From Candidatus Nanohalarchaeota archaeon (GTDB lineage Archaea > Nanohalarchaeota > Nanosalinia > Nanosalinales > Nanoanaerosalinaceae), in NCBI GenBank assembly GCA_022729255.1, contig JALDAG010000001.1, positions 2,391 to 66,390 on the forward strand: DNA of 64,000 nt. The letters run 5' to 3'. Shown in pieces: positions 56,066-64,000 of this stretch (positions are counted from its first letter, which is position 1; each line of letters begins with the position of its first letter). A program made the translations under genes and the position numbers. Under the pieces are notes generated by a model. That model did not search any database, was not told the origin of the DNA, and saw only the letters and a program-made list of their open reading frames with translations.

Positions 56066-57012
56066 TGGACGAAACGTATGATATCATATATCGAAATGTT
56101 GTAGCTTATCCTAATCAAAATATTTTGAAATTTGAGGAAGCCGAAATAGAGAAGAATTTGGATTTAAATCAGGAAAACGTTAAAGAATTGGAAAAAAGGT
56201 GGGGAAAAGCTAATTTTATTAAATTAGCGAATAGAGGAAGAAAAATTTATGATAAAATCGATTTAACACCTGGAGAATCATTTCTAAAAGGATACAGAGG
56301 AGGTTGTCTTAACATTATCTTTGCTGAGAAAGAAAGACCGGCAAAACTTCTACTGACAAAGAATTTTTCAGAAGGTTATTTAGATATCTCTAGAGACAAA
56401 AGAATAACGGATGACGACTGGGAGTTGTCGTGTTTCCTAAACGGCAATCAACAAATCTACCTAGATAAAGAAAAAGAAGAGGTTCAGCTACCTAACTATG
56501 TTTTAGAAAGTTCTAACATCAATGAAAAAACAGAAGAATTCATAAAAAATAAGATAAGAGCTAATTCGGGATACTTTGTAGGAGATACTATGGAAAACCC
56601 TGGTTTCAGTAGAAAGACTGCGCTTGTATCTTATCCTAACAATTTCTGGCATATCAGGTATGAATCATTAAAAGGCGATAAAAAACAGTTCAGATCAGGT
56701 GTCTTTCTTGATTCTGATGATAACTCCTTAAACACCTACTTTTACAATTTCAGGGAAAAAACAAAGAATAGTTACGTCCCTATTAACATAGGAAAAACTT
56801 TTTCAGATATAGTAGAGAATGTAGAGATAAATATGGACAGGGATCCGGAAATCGAGATATATCAAAACATAGATTTAAAGAAAGTCATGGATCTTGAAAG
56901 TTTCATCAAAAGCGGTTTATACAAACCTTCGAAGGGTTTAAAAGAAGCTTTAAAGAGAAAAAACCATAATTTTGGTCGTGATATTAACACAAGCTATGTA
57001 TATGAGTTTTAA
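56062..57012 (+). CDS. Uncharacterised protein, paralog B of the tandem pair
   Basis: 316 aa. Its start overlaps the paralog A stop by 4 nt. It shares the same conserved blocks ('IIYRNVVAYPNQN', 'IDLTPG', 'SYPNNFWHIRY', 'NHNFGRDIN'). Confidence 0.55.
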   Translation: MMDETYDIIYRNVVAYPNQNILKFEEAEIEKNLDLNQENVKELEKRWGKANFIKLANRGRKIYDKIDLTPGESFLKGYRGGCLNIIFAEKERPAKLLLTKNFSEGYLDISRDKRITDDDWELSCFLNGNQQIYLDKEKEEVQLPNYVLESSNINEKTEEFIKNKIRANSGYFVGDTMENPGFSRKTALVSYPNNFWHIRYESLKGDKKQFRSGVFLDSDDNSLNTYFYNFREKTKNSYVPINIGKTFSDIVENVEINMDRDPEIEIYQNIDLKKVMDLESFIKSGLYKPSKGLKEALKRKNHNFGRDINTSYVYEF

Positions 57013-57161
57013 TTATCAATATACATTTAAAACTACGTTAAAACCGATTTGAATTTCCCAAAAAAATCAAACTTTTAGGCTGTTTTTATAGTATAAAAAC
57101 TTTTTAAGTTGGATTTACACATACAAAAATAATTTAAACACTCTAAATCAATTAAATTGAC

Positions 57162-57518
57162 ATGGCCAAGATACTGTCGATTGAGGATTCAGCTTTTGAA
57201 AGAAAAGTGATATCAAAGGTTTTAAGAGACACCAAACATGAACTTATTTTAGCAAAAAATGGTAAAGAAGGTCTAAAAAAACTTGAGGAAGAAAAACCGG
57301 ATCTTTTACTTCTAGACCTCAGGTTACCCGATATAGATGGTATAGATATATTGAAAGAAATAAAAAGCAAGGATTTAAATGTAGTTATAGTATCGATTAT
57401 CAGGGAGGAGAAAACAAAGGAAGAAACGATGAAACTTGGCGCAAAAAAATATATCAGCAAGCCAATAACAAAGGACAAACTCCTGCCTACGATCGATGAA
57501 GTACTGGGTGATCTATAA
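57162..57518 (+). CDS. Single-domain response regulator receiver (CheY-like)
   Basis: 118 aa. 'ILSIEDSAF', phospho-acceptor context 'LLLLDLRLPDIDG', 'VIVSI' and 'KKYISKP'. Confidence 0.8.
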   Translation: MAKILSIEDSAFERKVISKVLRDTKHELILAKNGKEGLKKLEEEKPDLLLLDLRLPDIDGIDILKEIKSKDLNVVIVSIIREEKTKEETMKLGAKKYISKPITKDKLLPTIDEVLGDL

Positions 57519-57877
57519 TGGATGTACTAATAACGGACGATTCGTCTTTCATGAGAAAAGTTTTACACAACATAGTAAAGGATTTAGAATTCGATGAGAT
57601 ATATGAAGCAGAGAGTGGCGAAGAGTGCATAAAGAAATTTAAAAATAAAAAACCTGTACTTGTTCTCTTAGATATAGTTATGGGAGGGATGAGCGGTCTT
57701 GAAACACTTGAAAAAATAATGGAGATTGATGAAAATCAGAGAGTTATAATGATCTCCGCTGTTGGCCAGAAAAAGATGGTTGAGGATGCCATTAACAAAG
57801 GGGCAAAAGAGTTCATAGAGAAACCATTTGACAACAAAGATGTCAAAGAGACGATTGTGAATGTTCTTTCAGGTTAA
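57518..57877 (+). CDS. cheY: Chemotaxis response regulator CheY
   Basis: 119 aa. 'VLITDDSSFMRK', 'VLLDIVMGGMSG', 'VIMISAVG' and 'EFIEKPF'. Its start overlaps the previous stop. Confidence 0.85.
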   Translation: MDVLITDDSSFMRKVLHNIVKDLEFDEIYEAESGEECIKKFKNKKPVLVLLDIVMGGMSGLETLEKIMEIDENQRVIMISAVGQKKMVEDAINKGAKEFIEKPFDNKDVKETIVNVLSG

Positions 57878-57891
57878 AAACCTGATAATTT

Positions 57892-58473
57892 TTATCTTAT
57901 ATTTCTAGCTTTCTTTGCAGCCATCTTCTTGAGTTCTTCTTCACTTATCTCTTCTACTTCCTCTTCTTTTTCATCAGAACTCATTTTATCGGTGATCTCT
58001 TTCATCTCAACAGCTTCTTCTTCACCGAAACCTTTATTCAAATCAAGTATGATTATCAATCTTTCATCGAGAACCGCCACTCCTTTCATGTAGTTAGTAT
58101 GAATTTTTTCTTCTAGAATCTTTGGCGAATCCTTTATCCTGTTTTCTTTAACTCTCATTACCTCTTCAACATCATCTACAAGCATTCCAACGGTTGTATC
58201 ATACATTTCAAGTATAACTATAAATTTAGCGTCCTTTTTAGTTAAGTTGAATTTTTCCTCTAGATCTATAACAGGTACAACTTGCCCTCTCACATTTGTT
58301 ATGCCTTTGATAAAACTAGGAACGTTGGGTAGAGGAGTGATCTTTTTCTCTTCTGATTTTGTTATCTCTTTGACATATTCTATCTCAATAGCATAGTCCT
58401 CATTAGATAGTTCAAATACGAAAAGCTGAACAGTATTGAGTGATTGTATATTATCTTTAGATTCTTGTTCCAT
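57892..58473 (-). CDS. cheW: Chemotaxis coupling protein CheW (with acidic C-terminal tail)
   Basis: 193 aa. 'LFVFELSNEDYAIEIEYVKEI', 'PNVPSFIKGITNVRGQVVPVIDL' and 'VGMLVDDVEEV'. Confidence 0.85.
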   Translation of the reverse strand: MEQESKDNIQSLNTVQLFVFELSNEDYAIEIEYVKEITKSEEKKITPLPNVPSFIKGITNVRGQVVPVIDLEEKFNLTKKDAKFIVILEMYDTTVGMLVDDVEEVMRVKENRIKDSPKILEEKIHTNYMKGVAVLDERLIIILDLNKGFGEEEAVEMKEITDKMSSDEKEEEVEEISEEELKKMAAKKARNIR

Positions 58474-58583
58474 CTACATCTTTCCTCCACTTAAAAAAAT
58501 ATTTTTTCAATGACTCGTCCCAATTAATAATTAATATAACCTAATTTAAATATTATAACAACAATCCAAAAAAGGTGTGGACA

Positions 58584-59642
58584 ATGGAACCAGAAGAACT
58601 ATCAGAACTTTCAGTTAAGGAGATTAAGGACAGTATTGGAGAAAAACCGGAAAATATCGAGGAACTGATTAAAGAAGAGGAAAAAGGGAAAAATAGAAAA
58701 AGTCTCATCACCTGGTTAAAGAGTATGGAACACGAAGGTTCAAACAAAAAAGGCAATATAAAAGGGAATGAAGAAAAAATGATTGAAGAAAAATTGGAAA
58801 ATCTTGAAGGAGAAATTGAGAATATAACTTCATATTCTTCCGAACTTACTAGGATAACAGAACAAATGGCTGGAAGAAGTCAAAACCAAGCACAAGAACT
58901 TGAACTACTTGAAGAAAATCTTACCGAGTTATCTGCTTCTGTACAAGAAGTAGCATCTAATTCTGAAGATGCCGCAACATCCATTGCATCTATAAATGAA
59001 TTCGCTCAGGAAGGAGGACGTGCTGCAGAAGAGGGAATGCAGAAAATGGTCGAGATGGAGCACTCCGTAAAAGATGCGAGAAAAGCGGTGGAGAAACTTG
59101 GTGAGAAGAGCAAAAATATAAGGGAAATCACCAAAACCATAACCGATATAGCAGAAAAAACAGATTTATTAGCTCTTAATGCAGCTATCGAAGCCGCTAG
59201 AGCTGGGGAACAGGGACGAGGGTTTGCAGTAGTTGCAGATGAAGTAAAACAACTTGCAGAAGATTCTTCGGAATCAGCGGAAATGATATCTGATATGGTC
59301 GCGGATATGGAGAAAAACATTAGCGATGTAGTTAATAAGATAGAAAAAAGTCAGCAGGATTTAGAAACAAGTTCAGGTGTTATCAGATCCGCTCTCACAG
59401 CACTGGAAGAGATTTCAAGCAACATCTCCGAATTATCCACTGAGATGCAGGAGATTTCTTCAGCATCACAGCAACAGGCATCCGGTACCACGGATATAAA
59501 AAATACTGCGGATGAAATAGCTCAGGCGGCAGAAGAACTTTCTTCAGGCATACAGGAAGTAAGTTCTACAGTGAAACAGCAAAACACAACAATCAAAGAA
59601 TTATCAGGCAGTATTGAAGATATCTCAGAAATAGTTGATTGA
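58584..59642 (+). CDS. Soluble methyl-accepting chemotaxis protein (no TM segments)
   Basis: Highly conserved signalling hairpin '[36 protein letters not shown]'. No hydrophobic helices. SD 'AGGTG' lies before the ATG at 58584 (the track ORF starts at GTG 58575). Confidence 0.85.
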   Translation: MEPEELSELSVKEIKDSIGEKPENIEELIKEEEKGKNRKSLITWLKSMEHEGSNKKGNIKGNEEKMIEEKLENLEGEIENITSYSSELTRITEQMAGRSQNQAQELELLEENLTELSASVQEVASNSEDAATSIASINEFAQEGGRAAEEGMQKMVEMEHSVKDARKAVEKLGEKSKNIREITKTITDIAEKTDLLALNAAIEAARAGEQGRGFAVVADEVKQLAEDSSESAEMISDMVADMEKNISDVVNKIEKSQQDLETSSGVIRSALTALEEISSNISELSTEMQEISSASQQQASGTTDIKNTADEIAQAAEELSSGIQEVSSTVKQQNTTIKELSGSIEDISEIVD

Positions 59643-59653
59643 AAGGTGAATAG

Positions 59654-60274
59654 ATGGTACACTGGATAGCAGGAAAGGTAAAACTCACTGATTTGCAGAA
59701 AGAAGGGTTAGAAGAGATAGGTAACATTGGTTCAGGACAATCAACTGATTTTCTTTCAGACATCATCAAAAGAAAGGTTGAGATAGCGACACCTGAGATG
59801 GGTGTGATACCTTTATCAGAGTCAACAAAAGAACTAAAAGAAAAATTTTATAAAAAAAATCCTGTTTTCAATGTATACGTTCCTATAACAGGTCTAAAAG
59901 GTGGAATATCTGTAATACTGGATAAAAAAGATTATATAGAACTTATAAATCTTATAGAGCATCAAATAGATGAAAAATATACGCTTATGGAGCTCTCAGA
60001 AGATATAGCTAAATGTTATCTGGAAGCTGTCAACAATTTCTTGTATAAATCCTTGGGATTTGGAAACGGTAAACTATTTTATATGCCCATAGATTCGCTT
60101 CTGGACTATCTCTCGAACAACATGGTTACAGATGAAGAAAAAAAATCCGATGCCCTAATAATAAACACTGAATTCCATATCTCTGATGAAATCAGCGGAA
60201 AAATAGTTCTTCTAATCAACATAGGTCATATCAGTGAACTTACAGATGCCCTTGACAAATTACTAAATATTTAA
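59654..60274 (+). CDS. CheC-family (CheC/CheX-like) CheY-P phosphatase homolog
   Basis: 206 aa. 'LQKEGLEEIGNIGSGQSTDFLSDII' matches the first CheC E-x2-N motif region. SD 'AGGTGA' upstream. Confidence 0.65.
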   Translation: MVHWIAGKVKLTDLQKEGLEEIGNIGSGQSTDFLSDIIKRKVEIATPEMGVIPLSESTKELKEKFYKKNPVFNVYVPITGLKGGISVILDKKDYIELINLIEHQIDEKYTLMELSEDIAKCYLEAVNNFLYKSLGFGNGKLFYMPIDSLLDYLSNNMVTDEEKKSDALIINTEFHISDEISGKIVLLINIGHISELTDALDKLLNI

Positions 60275-60729
60275 TACCTTTTCGTTTCTCCCATCGGCAT
60301 ACTCACAACCACCGTTCCGGACCAACAGTGGAACCAGATGGATCTTCCTCTGTCTCCTCCAACGTCTTCCTCAACTATATCTATCCCATATTTATCAAGC
60401 TCTTTTCTAACCGATATTATGTTCTTTTTACCTATCTCTATGGAAGATTCAAAGAGAGATGCTCCTCCAAATATCTTAGCAACTATTTCATCCATATCAC
60501 ATTTTCTCTCCTTAAAATCTTCGACCATGCATTTTATCAGATTATTGGCATATTTTAAGGAACCTTTATCCATGTTGGACGGAAGCATTACATGTCCAAG
60601 TCCTCCTAGTTCATTGTCCTTATCGTAGAGGCAGACAGCAATACAGCTCCCAATACCAAGTGATTTAAGGACCTTCTTCCCTTCACATATTTTATAATCT
60701 CCCATTTTAACGTTTAGATTAATAGCCAT
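60271..60729 (-). CDS. cheD: Chemoreceptor glutamine deamidase CheD
   Basis: 152 aa. 'LGIGSCIAVCLYD', 'GGLGHVMLP', 'KIFGGASLF' and 'DVGGDRGRS'. Confidence 0.85.
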   Translation of the reverse strand: MAINLNVKMGDYKICEGKKVLKSLGIGSCIAVCLYDKDNELGGLGHVMLPSNMDKGSLKYANNLIKCMVEDFKERKCDMDEIVAKIFGGASLFESSIEIGKKNIISVRKELDKYGIDIVEEDVGGDRGRSIWFHCWSGTVVVSMPMGETKRY

Positions 60730-60741
60730 TTATCTCATCTT

Positions 60742-61368
60742 TTAAGAAATCTCGTCTAACCTGTTTTTAAGGAACTCCTCGGATTCTGGGTGGAATAAAA
60801 ATAAAAAGTAAGCGTTTTCCTTTTCATCAAAGTTGAATCTTGTCTTGAATACCAGGGCTTCATCTCTTTCTCTTGCTATAGGAAGTATAAAGTGATCCAT
60901 CAAAGCTCCTAAGAAATCGATCTTGATATTTGGAACTTCTTCATATAGTCTAACATCTATGTATTCAGTTATAGCTGTCAAACAGCTTCCTGTTATGATG
61001 TTGCCTGTTTCTTTCAAAGCTGATTTCTCCATTTCAGATAATTCATTGCTTGATTCAGATTCTGTTAGGTATGATGAAAGGTTTTTTGCGCTTGAATAAT
61101 CTAGCATGAATACCAGTTTACCTAATTCCTTCTTTTTTTCTGAATCATTATTCTCTATCTTTACATCAAGAAAAACAGAAGCTACCAGTGTGGAACCTCC
61201 TCCGAATTTCTCACTGATATCCTTTATATCCACAAATTTTATGTACGGAAACTCGACTTCTATCCTTTTCCCGGTCATTTTCGAAAGAGCTTTTGAAGCA
61301 TTTCCTGCTCCTACATGTGAAACCTCCTTCAAAACATCTATTATTTCTTCATCGAAAATTTTAATCAC
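60742..61368 (-). CDS. cheC: CheY-P phosphatase CheC
   Basis: 208 aa. 'DVLKEVSHVGAGNASKALSKMTG' and 'SALKETGNIITGSCLTAI' (both E-x2-N motifs). Confidence 0.8.
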   Translation of the reverse strand: MIKIFDEEIIDVLKEVSHVGAGNASKALSKMTGKRIEVEFPYIKFVDIKDISEKFGGGSTLVASVFLDVKIENNDSEKKKELGKLVFMLDYSSAKNLSSYLTESESSNELSEMEKSALKETGNIITGSCLTAITEYIDVRLYEEVPNIKIDFLGALMDHFILPIARERDEALVFKTRFNFDEKENAYFLFLFHPESEEFLKNRLDEIS

Positions 61369-62950
61369 CTAGAAGAGAAGCTACATCTATAATAACAGCG
61401 GGTTTCCCATCAGAAAGAATAGAAGCCCCTGCTATACCTTTTGGTTTTCCTACACCTATATCCTTAATAACAAAGTCCTGAACTTCTTTTATCTCATCCA
61501 CTATAAACCCTGCTTTCTCACCTCCACTCTTCACTACAACTACTGTATACTTGTCATCCTCCATTTCAAAGTCAGAATCGTATTCAAGTGCATCAGCCAA
61601 ATTTATTAGAGGAATTTCGACACCGTTAAATATGAACACTTTTTGACTCTCTAGTTCGTTCACTTCATCACTATACACATATATACATCTTTCTATCGAG
61701 TTCAGAGGAATAGCTAATCTATGTATACCTATCCTGATCAAGAAACATCTTACAACTGCCAATGATAATGGAAGTTCCATTATTATCTCTGTTCCTTCCT
61801 CCAATTCAGTATCAATTTTATATAATCCATGTAGAGAATTTGCTGTTTCTTTTACGACGTTTAGACCAACACCTCTTCCAGATACCTGTGTAACCTCTTT
61901 ATTCGTAGAGAAACTTGAATCAAATAGTAGATCTAGTATATCATCTTCCTTCATATCCTTAAGCTCTTCTCTTGTTATAACATTTCTTTCCAGTGCAGTT
62001 TCTTTAATATCTTCTACATCTATACCTCTACCATCATCCTTTACAGATATAACAGCAAGATTTCTTTCTCTTTTAGCCTCAAGTATTATTTTTCCTTTCT
62101 CTGATTTTCCTTTTTCCTTTCTCTTCTCAGGAGACTCTATTCCATGATCGATGGCGTTCCTCAACATATGTATGATTGGTTCACCGATATAATCCAGTAT
62201 GGTTCTATCAAGTCTAAGATCGCTTCCTCTGATTTCGAAATCTATTTGTTTATCAAGAGATTTTGCGGTATCCCTCACCAATCTTGGGAACCTTTCAAAT
62301 ACTTGTGAAACAGGTATCATCCTAGCCCTTGATATCTCGTGTTGTATATCCTCTCCAAGCCTTTTCAGCTGATTCATAGTAGATTCTATTTCTTCCGAAT
62401 CTACAGATTCCAAAAGCCCTCTTAGTTTCTTTTCTGTAATCATCAATTCTCCTACAGAATTCATCAAATCATCCAATCTATCAACATCGACTTTTATCTC
62501 TTCTACTTTTTCCGCTTTTTCCGGAGAAGCAGCAAGTTCTTCTCCTTGAACATCTTTGAACTCTTCTCCTTTTTTAGCTCTTTCAAGATTATCAAGAAGT
62601 TCAGATACGTCTTTTTCAGGGTCTTTTCTCGTTTCTTCAACTTCTTCAACCATCTCTCCAAGTGCATCTATGCTTTGAAGAAGAAGATCGATAAGTTTTC
62701 CATCCATCTCTATCTCTTTCTTCTTCATAAGATCGAAGATATCCTCTATAGAATGAGCAAGATCGGATATATCATCTAAACCCATGCCGGCTGCAGAACC
62801 CTTTATAGTGTGAGCAGCCCTAAATAAATCGTCTAATGTATCCTCATCCCTTGTATCCTCAAATTCAAGTATATCATCGCTCAATACCTTGAGATTCTCT
62901 TTTGCCTCATCCAAAAAAGTCCCCAAAAACTCCTTGCTTTCTTCTTGCAT
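61361..62950 (-). CDS. cheA: Chemotaxis histidine kinase CheA (short form, apparently without a P2 domain)
   Basis: 529 aa. HPt 'FRAAHTIKGSAAGMG', dimerisation 'VDVDRLDDLMNSVGELMI', 'HMLRNAIDHGIE', 'DDGRGID', 'GRGVGLNVV' and a CheW-like C-terminus. Confidence 0.9.
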   Translation of the reverse strand: MQEESKEFLGTFLDEAKENLKVLSDDILEFEDTRDEDTLDDLFRAAHTIKGSAAGMGLDDISDLAHSIEDIFDLMKKKEIEMDGKLIDLLLQSIDALGEMVEEVEETRKDPEKDVSELLDNLERAKKGEEFKDVQGEELAASPEKAEKVEEIKVDVDRLDDLMNSVGELMITEKKLRGLLESVDSEEIESTMNQLKRLGEDIQHEISRARMIPVSQVFERFPRLVRDTAKSLDKQIDFEIRGSDLRLDRTILDYIGEPIIHMLRNAIDHGIESPEKRKEKGKSEKGKIILEAKRERNLAVISVKDDGRGIDVEDIKETALERNVITREELKDMKEDDILDLLFDSSFSTNKEVTQVSGRGVGLNVVKETANSLHGLYKIDTELEEGTEIIMELPLSLAVVRCFLIRIGIHRLAIPLNSIERCIYVYSDEVNELESQKVFIFNGVEIPLINLADALEYDSDFEMEDDKYTVVVVKSGGEKAGFIVDEIKEVQDFVIKDIGVGKPKGIAGASILSDGKPAVIIDVASLLGD

Positions 62951-62956
62951 TATTAC

Positions 62957-63937
62957 TCACTCAAAAATTTCTCTTAACAGTTCGATTATACTTTCCACAT
63001 CAATAATATAATCGGCATCGTCCTGCTCTATAATATATTGACCTATACCAAATATTAAACTTGTGGATTCATCCTCTACGATAACATTTCCTCCTCTGGA
63101 TTTCACAAACCTTGCACCTATAACACCGTCCTTTCCCATGCCAGAAAAAACTATCGACAGAACATTCTCTCCAAATATTTCGGAACATGTCCGGAAAAGC
63201 CTGTCTATACTAGGAGAATCTTTCTTTTCTGATTGTTTTTCAACAATATAAACTTCGTCCTCTTGTTCCTCAAATATATTGTCCTGATTCCCTGAACATA
63301 TGTATATAGAGTTATCCAGTTTTGTTTTACCGATAACATACTTCACTTCCTTTTCAAGAAGTGTGTTCAGTCTGTCAGCGAACAATGAGGAGAATCCTGG
63401 CGACATGTGTATACAGATCACCACAGGTATATTGATCTCTTCATCCAAGTTTTTAAGAACACTTTCAATATCGGAGGAAGAACCTGTGGAACCTGCCAAA
63501 AGGACAATATCTTTTTCTTTTTTTATATCTATATCGTTTCTCTGATTTGAAACGCCACCAGATTTTTTGCTCTTGGAAAAAGCAGCTTTTATTATGTTAA
63601 CTAACTTTTCATCATCCATATCAAGACCTATTACATCAAATGCATCGTAAGAAAATGAACTAACAGCTTCTTCTCTTCCATGTCGAGATCCATCATAAAC
63701 CATTATCACTTCAACATCATATTTTTCCTTCAATAAGTACAATATATCCAACCCAGATATTTCATCGAAAAAAACCGAAAGAACAACCACCTTAACGTTT
63801 TCAAGATTGACATGTGAAAAAATCAGTGAGCCATTACCCACTAATTTAACTGTTTTATCACCCATCTCTTTGTTTATTATATCCATCAGTTCATTTCTGA
63901 CCATGAAGTTCGGGTGAGCGATCAGTATATCGGTCAT
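62957..63937 (-). CDS. cheB: Chemotaxis methylesterase CheB with a degenerate N-terminal receiver
   Basis: 326 aa. C-terminal esterase motifs 'LLAGSTGSSS', 'ICIHMSPGFSSLFADRLN' and 'FSGMGKDGV...VIVEDESTSLIFGI'. The N-terminal REC-like region lacks the acidic residues (see findings). Confidence 0.8.
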   Translation of the reverse strand: MTDILIAHPNFMVRNELMDIINKEMGDKTVKLVGNGSLIFSHVNLENVKVVVLSVFFDEISGLDILYLLKEKYDVEVIMVYDGSRHGREEAVSSFSYDAFDVIGLDMDDEKLVNIIKAAFSKSKKSGGVSNQRNDIDIKKEKDIVLLAGSTGSSSDIESVLKNLDEEINIPVVICIHMSPGFSSLFADRLNTLLEKEVKYVIGKTKLDNSIYICSGNQDNIFEEQEDEVYIVEKQSEKKDSPSIDRLFRTCSEIFGENVLSIVFSGMGKDGVIGARFVKSRGGNVIVEDESTSLIFGIGQYIIEQDDADYIIDVESIIELLREIFE

Positions 63938-64000
63938 AAATTTTTTTTGGTGGGTATGAATAAAAAATTGTTTTCCTTTAATTATTTAATCTCAAATCTT

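Noticed and set aside
1-64000. Search for CRISPR arrays, cas genes, transposases, integrases, toxin-antitoxin pairs or restriction-modification and defence modules
   Set aside because: I found no regularly spaced direct repeats and no ORF with nuclease, integrase or transposase signatures other than repair enzymes (Mre11, Nfo, Ogg, GIY-YIG DUF123). The window appears to be core chromosome.

Overview
Dense, visibly AT-rich archaeal chromosomal segment. I count about 73 protein genes, 3 tRNAs and one orphan 5S rRNA. I saw no CRISPR array, transposase, integrase or obvious mobile element. Archaeal identity rests on aEF-2 (diphthamide motif), aEF-1alpha, aCPSF1, Hel308, a PAN-like ATPase with proteasome beta, Mre11/Rad50, a short archaeal-type TPI, NMNAT, SepF and class-III-signal-peptide pilin-like genes. 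Two intron-containing tRNAs also support it (tRNA-Tyr with C1:G72, tRNA-Gln with A1:U72). Many hypothetical proteins are strongly acidic. The lineage cannot be fixed from sequence alone; an uncultured DPANN, nanohaloarchaeal-like or euryarchaeal source is possible. Most of the window is housekeeping: four aaRS (Gly, Pro, Arg), translation factors, DNA repair (Ogg, Nfo, Mre11/Rad50, Hel308), UDP-sugar precursor enzymes, GDH and UppS. The stand-outs are as follows. (1) A bacterial-type three-gene [FeFe]-hydrogenase operon (NuoE-like, minimal NuoF-like, HydA with all H-cluster motifs) with a divergent TM1266-like small regulator, and no maturases in the window. (2) A chemotaxis cluster (2 REC/CheY, CheW, soluble MCP, CheC x2, CheD, P2-less CheA, CheB with a degenerate receiver). 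It is preceded by two tandem uncharacterised paralogs that may be CheF-like or new, and by three V4R-associated genes. (3) Two gene-structure anomalies: an NMNAT with no canonical start codon, in frame behind the TPI stop, and an RsmF/NSUN methyltransferase split by a +1 shift at an A5 run. (4) mre11-rad50 followed on the same strand by three pilin-like genes. Two genes missing from the ORF track were recovered by hand: a 3'-partial S8 protease at the left edge and a 59-aa zinc-ribbon ORF.
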